Shown here in pieces: positions 1 through 7,870 of a stretch of DNA of 17,795 nucleotides (its first letter is position 1; every line of letters starts with the position of its first letter). Under the pieces are notes generated by a model, which saw only the letters and a program-made list of their open reading frames with translations, was not told the DNA's origin and did not search any database. Position numbers and translations under genes: made by a program. Source of the DNA: Promethearchaeia archaeon (GTDB taxonomy: Archaea > Asgardarchaeota > Lokiarchaeia > Sigyniarchaeales > SOKP01); NCBI GenBank assembly GCA_046497275.1, contig JAWOFX010000179.1, forward strand, positions 1 through 17,795, read 5' to 3'.

Positions 1-18
1 AATATAAAATATAAAAAA
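1..18 (-). terminator. Oligo-T tract directly after the SRP RNA 3' end (probable archaeal terminator)
   Basis: The minus strand reads ...GGGTCGGG-TTTTTTATATTTTATATT immediately after the closing helix of the SRP RNA. Confidence 0.55.
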
Positions 19-319
19 CCCGACCCTCGATTCACATCCATTTGTTACGATCAGATATTATTACACTCCACACCCGATTCCCAAAGCGTGAAGGACACAA
101 CTTACGACTGCTCCATCCCTGGCCTGGCCGGGTTCGTTATTATGAGATTATACCATCCCTACAGATAGTACCTCCCTGCCTTCCACCATTGGGGCGAATG
201 CTTCGACGTGAAATAATATTGTGCAACAAATATTCAGTGAATCTCAGGCCGGACAATTCCGCTTTTGAGTATTTTGCGGTCCACCCAGCATAGGGGCTTC
301 AGAAAGGCCCAAGCTTCCC
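19..319 (-). ncRNA. ffs: Signal recognition particle RNA (archaeal 7S / large SRP RNA), ~300 nt
   Basis: GC-richer island. The minus strand has helix 8 with the SRP54-binding motif CCGGC-CAGG-CCA-GGGA-UGG-AGCA-GUCG (105-131) and helix 6 GUACUAUCU-GUAG-GGAUGGUAU with a GNAR tetraloop (144-174). Long-range pairing CCGGCCUGAGAUUCAC / GUGAAUCGAGGGUCGG closes helix 5. Two Alu-like hairpins lie at the 5' end (GGGC..GCCC, CCGC..GCGG). Ends are approximate. Confidence 0.93.
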
Positions 320-340
320 ATATGAATTAATGATATGTGA

Positions 341-357
341 AATAAAAATTTTTAGCT
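341..357 (-). promoter_or_regulatory. Putative BRE/TATA for the SRP RNA
   Basis: The minus strand reads GCTAAAAATTTTTATT about 22-38 nt upstream of the inferred 5' end at 319. Confidence 0.45.
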
Positions 358-440
358 TTCATTACTATTCTTGGCTAAGATGAGAAATTTCTATATTTTT
401 TTGATATTGTAAACATTTAAATTAATTCGCTGAAGAATCT

Positions 441-480
441 TAGAAAATATTGAATCTACTTGTTTTGACTAAATATTTTG
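441..480. repeat. Copy 1 of a ~40-bp intergenic element (core TGACTAAATATTT at 466-478)
   Basis: Hand alignment to 2906-2948 gives 34 of 44 matching columns, including an identical 13-mer. Confidence 0.6.
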
Positions 481-499
481 GAAAGAAAAATTATTTATA
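481..499 (+). promoter_or_regulatory. Putative BRE + TATA box for the TPP-enzyme gene
   Basis: Purine-rich GAAAGAAAAA followed by TTATTTATA. A GGAGAG SD-like sequence lies at 539-544 before the ATG at 554. Confidence 0.45.
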
Positions 500-553
500 G
501 TATACAAAAGAAAACTTATAATTAGGAATTCTTTTTTAGGAGAGATTGAAGAT

Positions 554-2263
554 ATGGATGAAGAAAATCAGCTAATAAATGGAGGAGATGTATTAATAAA
601 ATGCCTTTTGGAAGAAAATGTGAGATATATGTTTGGAATTCCAGGAGGTCAATTCTTGAACATGTATGATGCAATTTATCGATGGGGAAAAGAAAAGGGA
701 ATTGAAACGGTTTTATTCAGACATGAGCAAGCTGCAGCTCATGCAGCGGATGCATATTCACGAATAATTAATAAAATAGGTGTTTGCTTTGGAACTGTGG
801 GTCCCGGCGCACTTCATCTGATTCCTGGTGTGGGATGTGCGTGGGCAGATAATATACCTATGATAGCTATTGTCCCTCAAGTTGACTCTAAGTTTCAAGA
901 TCGTTTTATGCTCCAAGGAAATTTAGATCAAATCTCTTTGTTTAAACCTATCACTAAATATCAAAAAACAATACGTAATATTGAAGAAATTCCTGAAGTA
1001 GTACAAAAAGCTTTTCGAGAAGCCACTTCTGGTCGTCCAAGACCTGTACTCATAGAGATTTATGTTGATGCTTTTAAACAAGAAATTGAAAATGAAAGAA
1101 TTCAAATTCTAGCCCGAAATCAGTATAGAGCATTATCAAAACCAGGAATAGAAGATTCTTCCATAAAAAAGTCTTTAGAATTGCTCCTTAATGCTAAAAA
1201 ACCCTTGATTATCTCAGGCGGGGGACTAATGAGGGCAGAAGCTTGGGAGGAATTAAAAAAATTCGCAGAATACTTAAAAATTCCAGTAATAACATCAATG
1301 CGAGGTATCGGAACGATATCCAATGATAGTAGTTGTTTCTTAGGGTCAACTCTTGCAAATACTCCTATTCAATTAATAACTAATACAGATGTAATTTTAG
1401 CTCTTGGTTGTAAATTCTCCTATACAATGGGTTATGGAATTGAACCTTTCTGGAGAAACAGTCAAAAACTAATACAAGTAGATATCGATCCAACCATAAT
1501 TGGGCGACAAAAGCCAATTGAACTAGGAATAGTGGGAGATTGCAAAGTATTTTTGAGAAAAATTCTTGAAGAGCTCCAAAAAGTAAATCCGATTGAAAAA
1601 AGACCATGGTTAGAAGACCTTATTCAAATGAAGATGAAAAGTAATGAAAAATTAAGGAAAAAAACATATAAAGAAGAATCTCCGATATCTACAAGAAGAA
1701 TGGTTAGAGAAGTATATGAATTCATGGATGAGGATGCAATTCTTATTATAGACGGAGGAGAAATCGAAGCTTTTGCCCTAGAACAAATAGATTTATATAA
1801 ACCCAGAAAACCACTTTCTACTTTGATTGCCACAGGTATGGGACACTTAGGGGTATCAATCCCTTATGGTATCGGAGCTAAGCTAGCAGAACCAGATAAA
1901 CAAGTCATTTCTCTAACTGGTGATGGTTCATTTATGTTCAATGTCCAAGATTTAGAAACTGCGGTTCGATTAAACTTAGATAACCTAATATTTGTAGTTG
2001 CTAATAATAATTCTTGGGGTTCTATGAAATCATTGCAAAAACTTTCATTAAAAAAGAGATATATTGATGTAGATTTTAAAGGATTCAACCATGCCAAGTG
2101 TGCGGAAGGCTTTGAATGCTATGGAGAAATGGTTGAAGACCCGGATGATCTTAAAGATGCTCTCAAACGAGCGAAAGATTCAAAAAAACCAGGTGTTATA
2201 GATGTAGTAAATAAATGGGAAACGAGTGATACAACAAAATTATTAAATTCTGTGAGCCTATAA
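554..2263 (+). CDS. Thiamine diphosphate-dependent enzyme, acetolactate synthase-like superfamily (IlvB/HACL/benzaldehyde lyase-like), 569 aa
   Basis: N-terminal FGIPGG and RHEQAAAHAADAY (cofactor-activating Glu), central IISGGG domain, and C-terminal TPP motif GDGSF...NNNSWG. Confidence 0.9.
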   Translation: MDEENQLINGGDVLIKCLLEENVRYMFGIPGGQFLNMYDAIYRWGKEKGIETVLFRHEQAAAHAADAYSRIINKIGVCFGTVGPGALHLIPGVGCAWADNIPMIAIVPQVDSKFQDRFMLQGNLDQISLFKPITKYQKTIRNIEEIPEVVQKAFREATSGRPRPVLIEIYVDAFKQEIENERIQILARNQYRALSKPGIEDSSIKKSLELLLNAKKPLIISGGGLMRAEAWEELKKFAEYLKIPVITSMRGIGTISNDSSCFLGSTLANTPIQLITNTDVILALGCKFSYTMGYGIEPFWRNSQKLIQVDIDPTIIGRQKPIELGIVGDCKVFLRKILEELQKVNPIEKRPWLEDLIQMKMKSNEKLRKKTYKEESPISTRRMVREVYEFMDEDAILIIDGGEIEAFALEQIDLYKPRKPLSTLIATGMGHLGVSIPYGIGAKLAEPDKQVISLTGDGSFMFNVQDLETAVRLNLDNLIFVVANNNSWGSMKSLQKLSLKKRYIDVDFKGFNHAKCAEGFECYGEMVEDPDDLKDALKRAKDSKKPGVIDVVNKWETSDTTKLLNSVSL

Positions 2264-2303
2264 ATTCTTTATGAAAAACCAAAGAATCATAATGAAAGTT
2301 ATC

Positions 2304-2906
2304 CTATTTTTTTAATCGAAAGCGCAATAATCTGTCTTTATCCTCTTCAGCATAATCAATTCCAATTCTTTTTAGTGATTCGATCCTATTTTTATCAACT
2401 GATTCTCCTTTTGTATAATATAACTTGGGATCAGAACTACATGAGTCTGTTCCATTAAATTTTTGTTTTGTTATATCGAAAGCCATACAAAGTTTCCCCG
2501 GACCATCAACTAAATTCTTGTAATTTTTACCTATTTTAATTTGCCTATTTTTTTTCATCAAATCAATTCCTTCTACTGGATAGACCTCTCGGATAAGTAC
2601 TGCACAGGGTATCCCCTTCTCCTCCGTGACTACATTCAAGCAATGATACATCCCATAGATTAAATATATATAATGTGTTCCAGGAATTTTGTACATAATT
2701 TTGGTTCTTTCTGTCTTTTTATAATTATAAGAATGACACCCTTTATCATTAGGACCTAAATAAGCTTCAACTTCCGTAATTTTACCGATCATCTTACCAT
2801 TTTCTGTCTCTCGAACGATGTATCGGCCGATAAGATCTTTTGCTACTTGCTCAGTATTCCTCTTGAAAAAATTTCTAGAAAGTCTTTGTAAATTTTTTGC
2901 ATTCAT
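2304..2906 (-). CDS. mpg: 3-methyladenine DNA glycosylase (MPG/AAG family), 200 aa
   Basis: Motifs ITEVEAYLG, YIYLIYGMYHCLNVV, AVLIR, GPGKL and RIGI are characteristic of the MPG family. Confidence 0.93.
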   Translation of the reverse strand: MNAKNLQRLSRNFFKRNTEQVAKDLIGRYIVRETENGKMIGKITEVEAYLGPNDKGCHSYNYKKTERTKIMYKIPGTHYIYLIYGMYHCLNVVTEEKGIPCAVLIREVYPVEGIDLMKKNRQIKIGKNYKNLVDGPGKLCMAFDITKQKFNGTDSCSSDPKLYYTKGESVDKNRIESLKRIGIDYAEEDKDRLLRFRLKK

Positions 2907-2948
2907 AGAATCATATTGAATAATCTATTTATCTGACTAAATATTTAG
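2906..2948. repeat. Copy 2 of the ~40-bp intergenic element; overlaps the perfect 14-bp palindrome ACTAAATATTTAGT (2936-2949)
   Basis: Read directly from the sequence in the 85-bp divergent mpg/URO-D intergenic region. Confidence 0.6.
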
Positions 2949-2991
2949 TATAGAATAAAATAATAATTTTTATAATAGCTTGATTAATAAA

Positions 2992-4077
2992 ATGAATGCA
3001 CCAGAAAGAGTATTAACCACGATAGATCATAAAGAACCGGATAAAATCCCTGCTTGGGAAAGTGCTTTTACTAATAATACAATATCTAAATATTATGGAA
3101 TTGATCCGAAAAAAAAAGGATATAAATATGAATATGAGTTATTCCGCCGTATTGGTATAGATATTTGCGTATCAGCAGTATCTCTTTTTCCTCGAAAAAT
3201 GTTAAAAAGAGGAAAGGGATTTATTGATGAATATGGAAGAATAATGCGTTTTGAATATTATGAAAAAGATGGAACTGAAATAACGGGATATATTGGAGGT
3301 CATTTTAAAAGTTTTGAGGATTATGAAAGTTGGGAGAAACCTGATCCTCATTTACCGACTCGTTTGAGATCCTTTGAATTAGGCAGAGAAATTCAAAAAG
3401 AAATGAACAATGAAATTTTTTCCGTTCCCGCTACTGGGGCTTTAATGGAGTGTACCTGGGAGGGATTTGGATTAGAAACGTTTTCGAGAATTTTAAGCAA
3501 ACCAAAACAAGCAAAAAAGGTTTTTGATGATAGAGGTGAGTTCACATTAGAATTAGTTAAAATATTAGCCGAAAATGATGCTAAATTAGTTATCCTTTGG
3601 GACGATTATGGGTTTAAAAATGGATTATTTATGAGTCCTCGTTTATATCGAAAGTATGTATTCCCATGGATAAACCGAATTTGTGAAGCCGCACATAAGC
3701 GAGATTGTAAGATTTTATTACATTCAGATGGAGATTTGATGGAAATTTTTGAAGACATCGTTAAAAGTGGAGCAGATGTTATTAATCCTCTTGAACCTAC
3801 GACTGCGAATCCCGAATATGATATCTTTAAATTAAACGAGAAATACGGAGATAAAATTACTTTCTGCGGTAATGTTAGCCCAATAATGTTAGCAATGGGA
3901 AAAATTTCTGATATAGAACGATACTCTAAAAAATTAATTCGTGAAATTGCGCCTGGAGGAGGATATATTTTTAGTTCAGGTCATTCCATAAATCCAGCCG
4001 TCACGATTGATAGATTTGAAGCTATGCAAAATGTAAGAAGAAAATATGGAAAGTATCCGATAGAAGTCCCAGATTAA
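2992..4077 (+). CDS. Uroporphyrinogen decarboxylase (URO-D)/MtaA-CmuA family protein, function unknown
   Basis: N-terminal ERVLTTIDHKEPDKIP, WDDYG, LHSDG, INPLEP, FCGNV and APGGGYIFSSGHSI are typical of the URO-D-like TIM barrel. ATG at 2992 is preferred over TTG at 2980. Confidence 0.85.
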   Translation: MNAPERVLTTIDHKEPDKIPAWESAFTNNTISKYYGIDPKKKGYKYEYELFRRIGIDICVSAVSLFPRKMLKRGKGFIDEYGRIMRFEYYEKDGTEITGYIGGHFKSFEDYESWEKPDPHLPTRLRSFELGREIQKEMNNEIFSVPATGALMECTWEGFGLETFSRILSKPKQAKKVFDDRGEFTLELVKILAENDAKLVILWDDYGFKNGLFMSPRLYRKYVFPWINRICEAAHKRDCKILLHSDGDLMEIFEDIVKSGADVINPLEPTTANPEYDIFKLNEKYGDKITFCGNVSPIMLAMGKISDIERYSKKLIREIAPGGGYIFSSGHSINPAVTIDRFEAMQNVRRKYGKYPIEVPD

Positions 4078-4092
4078 TCTCAAAATTATACT

Positions 4093-4935
4093 TTACTTAG
4101 AATTTATTTTTTTTAGTTCATTCTTGAGGAATGATTCTAGTTTATCATTACATGCAACTAAAGGATATTTCAAATCCATTGAGAGAGATTGATTTAATTT
4201 ATCACCTTTGATAGTAAAGATATGACCACCTGCTTCTTTTATAATTAAATAACTGGCAGCCATATCAACAAGTCTCGTCCCTCTTCTAAAATCCATATAT
4301 CCGTCAATACTACCCTTAGCTAACAAGCAGAAACTTAATGCAATACTGCCCATCACACGTACACGATACAATTTTTTAAGAATGGGATGATATTTTCTAA
4401 TATTCTTTCGTAAACTCCATAAGTGAAAATCAATTTCAAAAATTAATTGATCTGAAAGAGACTTAGTTGAAACGGTTATTCTTTTATCGTTTAGAAAAGT
4501 ACCTCGGTTTTTCTCTGCCCAATATAAATCCTTAGTGGTGAGATCTAATATAACTGCCATCTTTATATCCTCTAATTTGGAACCTTCAGCATAAGCGATA
4601 GAGACACTAAAATATGGAATCCCGCGACTACAATTTGTAGATCCGTCAATTGGATCAACAATTAATTTTTTTTTGGATTTTTCGATATTTTCTTGATTTC
4701 CTATAAATTTTTCTCCCGTTTCTTCGCTAATTAGTAATATTTCTATTCCATTTTTTTCTAAATGATCGATGATAGTTTTTTCTGCCGCGACATCAATCTC
4801 CATAGAAACATCCCCACCAGCTCCTTTCTTAAGTTTTTTAGCTCCTTCTTCAGTGCCAATTAAGGGGGAAATTTCTTGGTACACTATCAAGGATAATTCC
4901 TTCAAAAAACTAATATCAATTTCTCTTGAGACCAT
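4093..4935 (-). CDS. suhB: Inositol monophosphatase / archaeal bifunctional FBPase-IMPase
   Basis: GAGGDVSMEIDVAAE, ISEE, VDPIDGSTN, RVMGSIAL and LVDMAAS. ATG at 4935 is preferred over the track start at 4980. Confidence 0.9.
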   Translation of the reverse strand: MVSREIDISFLKELSLIVYQEISPLIGTEEGAKKLKKGAGGDVSMEIDVAAEKTIIDHLEKNGIEILLISEETGEKFIGNQENIEKSKKKLIVDPIDGSTNCSRGIPYFSVSIAYAEGSKLEDIKMAVILDLTTKDLYWAEKNRGTFLNDKRITVSTKSLSDQLIFEIDFHLWSLRKNIRKYHPILKKLYRVRVMGSIALSFCLLAKGSIDGYMDFRRGTRLVDMAASYLIIKEAGGHIFTIKGDKLNQSLSMDLKYPLVACNDKLESFLKNELKKINSK

Positions 4936-5177
4936 AGTTAAATAATATGAGTGGATAATTTCCTTGCTGATAAACTGCAATGAAATGCTCGAAACTCAAT
5001 CTCTCGGAATCTATATTAGGTATTATAATTTTATCATCGTTTAAAACTTTTGTAAATGGGGTTCGTTTAGCCTTTCTGAATTAATAATTTTATTCTATTA
5101 TAATTTTGATTTTAATCTCAGCAATTTTCAATTAACATACTATTAAAATCAATTTGCATTATAATCAAATGTAAATT

Positions 5178-6566
5178 ATGTCTAATCTCGATTTCTTTTT
5201 TAATCCTAAATCTGTAGCGATTATCGGAGCTTCTGATACTATTAGATTTGGATTTACTACTACTAAATATCTTTTAAATTCAAAATTCAAGACATATCCA
5301 GTTCACTTAAATAAAGAAGAAATATTATGTCATAGAGCTTATAAAAATGTTAAAGATATTCCCGATGATATTGAGTTAGCAATATTATTAATAGGTAGTG
5401 AATACGTCCCACAAGCTATTAGAGATTGTATAGATAAAGGAGTGAAGGGGATAATTATAGAATCAGCTGGATTTGCAGAAACAGGAGTTAAAAAATATAT
5501 AGAGTTACAAGAGAATGTAAAGGATATGATTAAAGACTCCAAAATTCGAATAATTGGTCCTAACTGTGTTGGTGTCACAGATTTTCATAATAAATTTAGT
5601 ACTGCAGATGTAGAATTTAAGCGGGAAAAAGCGGGGGATATCTCAATTATCGCTCAGTCAGGAGTACTTGGTAATGTATTTATAGATTGGGGTAGCTCAC
5701 AATCTATCGGATTCGCTAAATCTATTACATTAGGTAATAAAATCGATGTAGATGAGGTAGATGTTCTTGACTATTTAAATAAGGATGATCACACTAAGAT
5801 AATTACGCTATATTTAGAAGGAACAAATAGGGGGAAAGAATTTGTTGATGTTTTAGGAAGAATGACTAAGCCCGTCTTGATTCTTAAGAATGGTCGAACA
5901 GAAATAGGTTCAAGAGCTGTTATAAGTCATACTAGCTCAATTGCGGGAAATGATAAAATCTATGATGCTGTTTTCAAACAAAATCCCATGGTTTTTAGAG
6001 TTTATGATTTCTATGAAATGTTTAACATAGCACATATTTTTGCTTCTCAACCAATAATAAAAGGCAAGAAGATTGCTATTATAACGGCTTCTGGTAGTTT
6101 AGGAATTTTAGCATGTGATGAATTAGTAGATAAAGGGTTATCACTTGCTGAATTAAAGGAAGAAACTAGGCAAAAAATTAAGAAGATCATACCGGATTAT
6201 GTTTCAATTGGTGGAACAATTGATTTGGGACCCTCAATGTTTCTTACTTTAAGCGACAGTCTTAAGGCAATATATAAGGACGAAAATGTTGATGCATTAC
6301 TCTTTATTTTTGCTATACCCAGATGGCCTTTAGAAAAATTCAATTTCACCTTCTCTCCACATTTTAGACTAATGAAACAATTATCGAAAAAATACCATAA
6401 ACCCATTATTTGTGTTTGTTTTGGATCTCGTTGGGTTTTTGAATATATAAATAATAATGCTTTTAAATTTGGGATCCCTGTTGTTGATAGAATAGAACAT
6501 GCTGTGAATGCGTTTAAAATGATGTATGAATATGAGATAAATGTTATTTCAAAAAAAATGGAATGA
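5178..6566 (+). CDS. NDP-forming acyl-CoA synthetase (acetate-CoA ligase) alpha subunit, CoA-binding, 462 aa
   Basis: FFNPKSVAIIGAS, ESAGFAE, RIIGPNCVG, AQSG, LGNKIDV, LYLEG and SHTSSIAG (phospho-His). No ATP-grasp domain. Confidence 0.88.
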   Translation: MSNLDFFFNPKSVAIIGASDTIRFGFTTTKYLLNSKFKTYPVHLNKEEILCHRAYKNVKDIPDDIELAILLIGSEYVPQAIRDCIDKGVKGIIIESAGFAETGVKKYIELQENVKDMIKDSKIRIIGPNCVGVTDFHNKFSTADVEFKREKAGDISIIAQSGVLGNVFIDWGSSQSIGFAKSITLGNKIDVDEVDVLDYLNKDDHTKIITLYLEGTNRGKEFVDVLGRMTKPVLILKNGRTEIGSRAVISHTSSIAGNDKIYDAVFKQNPMVFRVYDFYEMFNIAHIFASQPIIKGKKIAIITASGSLGILACDELVDKGLSLAELKEETRQKIKKIIPDYVSIGGTIDLGPSMFLTLSDSLKAIYKDENVDALLFIFAIPRWPLEKFNFTFSPHFRLMKQLSKKYHKPIICVCFGSRWVFEYINNNAFKFGIPVVDRIEHAVNAFKMMYEYEINVISKKME

Positions 6567-6615
6567 GGTTGTTTTATTAAAAATAATTATAATAAAATCA
6601 ATAATTAAGTTTTAT

Positions 6616-7854
6616 TTATTGAAATTCTTCTTCTTTTTTCACAATTTGCCTCAATTTTTCAGCATCGGTTTTTACAACTTCGATAAAACTATTCTCAAAA
6701 ACTAGCTTTGGACCACGTTTAAGCTCCATCCTACTATAGACTTTATCTATATTTTGAGAACTCAACCAATCCGAGACAAGGATACCTTTTCGCTTTTCTT
6801 TTTCGGCAAATTTATTTGTTAATACCTCTAATTTAGATAATTTTTGCTCCTCTAACTCTATTAATGCAAAATATGGTGCCTCTCCATACTTTTCATGTAT
6901 TTTTGATTCAAGTCCATTGTTATTTTCAAGCGGAATTGCCACTTTAGAGGTTTTCTTTTCTTGAGTGCGAGTGGTAATAACTATTTTGAAAATTTCGGGA
7001 AACTTATCCATAATTTCATTTGAAAGCTTTTTCTTTAATAAATCAACTTTAGAAAGTTCCATGTCCTTACTCAATTTTATATCAACTTCAAGAAAAATAT
7101 AACGCCCATATGCTCTGATTTCTATATTATCAATATCTTTAACTTTTGGGAAATTTTCAATAAGCTCAATTAATTCCGTTCTTTTCTCAAATTCTATTAC
7201 AGCGTCTAATAAAGTTTTAGTAGAGGTGAGAAATATATCATAACCTCCCTTAATAATAAAAAGAGCTATAACTAAACCAAATATAGAATCTAAAACAAAA
7301 ATTCCATAATACGCAGCAATAAAACCTATTAGTACAGTTGATGAGATAAAATTATCTAATAACTTTTCACTTGTCTCCGATTTAATTATTTCTGATCCTG
7401 ATTTTTTCTCTATCAATTTCAAATATATCGTAGTAGAAATAGAAATTAATAGTGAGATTCCCATTATGATTATTATAAACGGGGAAACTATTATGGTTTT
7501 TATTGAACCAGAAAAGAAATTTAAAATTTCACTAATAGATTCTCTGATTATTGTATAAGCAGTGAAAAAAATAAAGATTGAAATTACTAAGCTAATAATA
7601 TTTTCTAATCGATAATAACCATATGGAAACTTTTCGTTCGGTTTCTTGTTTACAAAAACAATTCCGATCAAAGATGCTATTACAATTATAATATCTGTTA
7701 AATTATCAAAAGCATCAGCTTGGAGCGCAAGGCTGTTTGTGAGCAGTCCAAATAATAATTTTAAAATAAATAGAGATAAATTAACCCCTAGTAAAAGAAA
7801 ATTAATAAAGATCGGTTTCTCATAGATTTTTAAATTATCTTCAGAATTTTCCAT
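6616..7854 (-). CDS. Cation diffusion facilitator (CDF) transporter with C-terminal NifB/NifX-like (FeMo-co biosynthesis family) domain
   Basis: SLALQADAFDNLTD (TM2), FPYGYYRLE, TM5 ...EKLLD, and a dimerisation domain (IRAYGRYIFLEVDI). It ends in a KVAIPLE...G..S.IHEKYGEAPYF domain. ATG at 7854 is preferred over GTG at 7866. Confidence 0.88.
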   Translation of the reverse strand: MENSEDNLKIYEKPIFINFLLLGVNLSLFILKLLFGLLTNSLALQADAFDNLTDIIIVIASLIGIVFVNKKPNEKFPYGYYRLENIISLVISIFIFFTAYTIIRESISEILNFFSGSIKTIIVSPFIIIIMGISLLISISTTIYLKLIEKKSGSEIIKSETSEKLLDNFISSTVLIGFIAAYYGIFVLDSIFGLVIALFIIKGGYDIFLTSTKTLLDAVIEFEKRTELIELIENFPKVKDIDNIEIRAYGRYIFLEVDIKLSKDMELSKVDLLKKKLSNEIMDKFPEIFKIVITTRTQEKKTSKVAIPLENNNGLESKIHEKYGEAPYFALIELEEQKLSKLEVLTNKFAEKEKRKGILVSDWLSSQNIDKVYSRMELKRGPKLVFENSFIEVVKTDAEKLRQIVKKEEEFQ

Positions 7855-7870
7855 AGATTTACACACACAC

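Noticed and set aside
42-293. 83-aa + strand ORF in the ORF track
   Set aside because: It lies entirely antisense to the SRP RNA, has a TTG start and no recognisable motif; the open frame is explained by the higher GC of the RNA gene.
923-2097. Five short minus-strand ORFs inside the TPP-enzyme gene
   Set aside because: Shadow frames antisense to a well-supported CDS, with no motifs.
6564-6615. TGA stop of the ACD alpha gene as possible selenocysteine or readthrough
   Set aside because: The protein is already full length for its family, the downstream frame is low-complexity Asn/Ile-rich and stops within ~14 codons, and no SECIS was seen.
7861-7870. (AC)5 dinucleotide run between the hypothetical gene and the CDF gene
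   Set aside because: Too short for a credible phase-variable tract, and it lies upstream of the preferred ATG at 7854, so length changes would not frameshift the protein.
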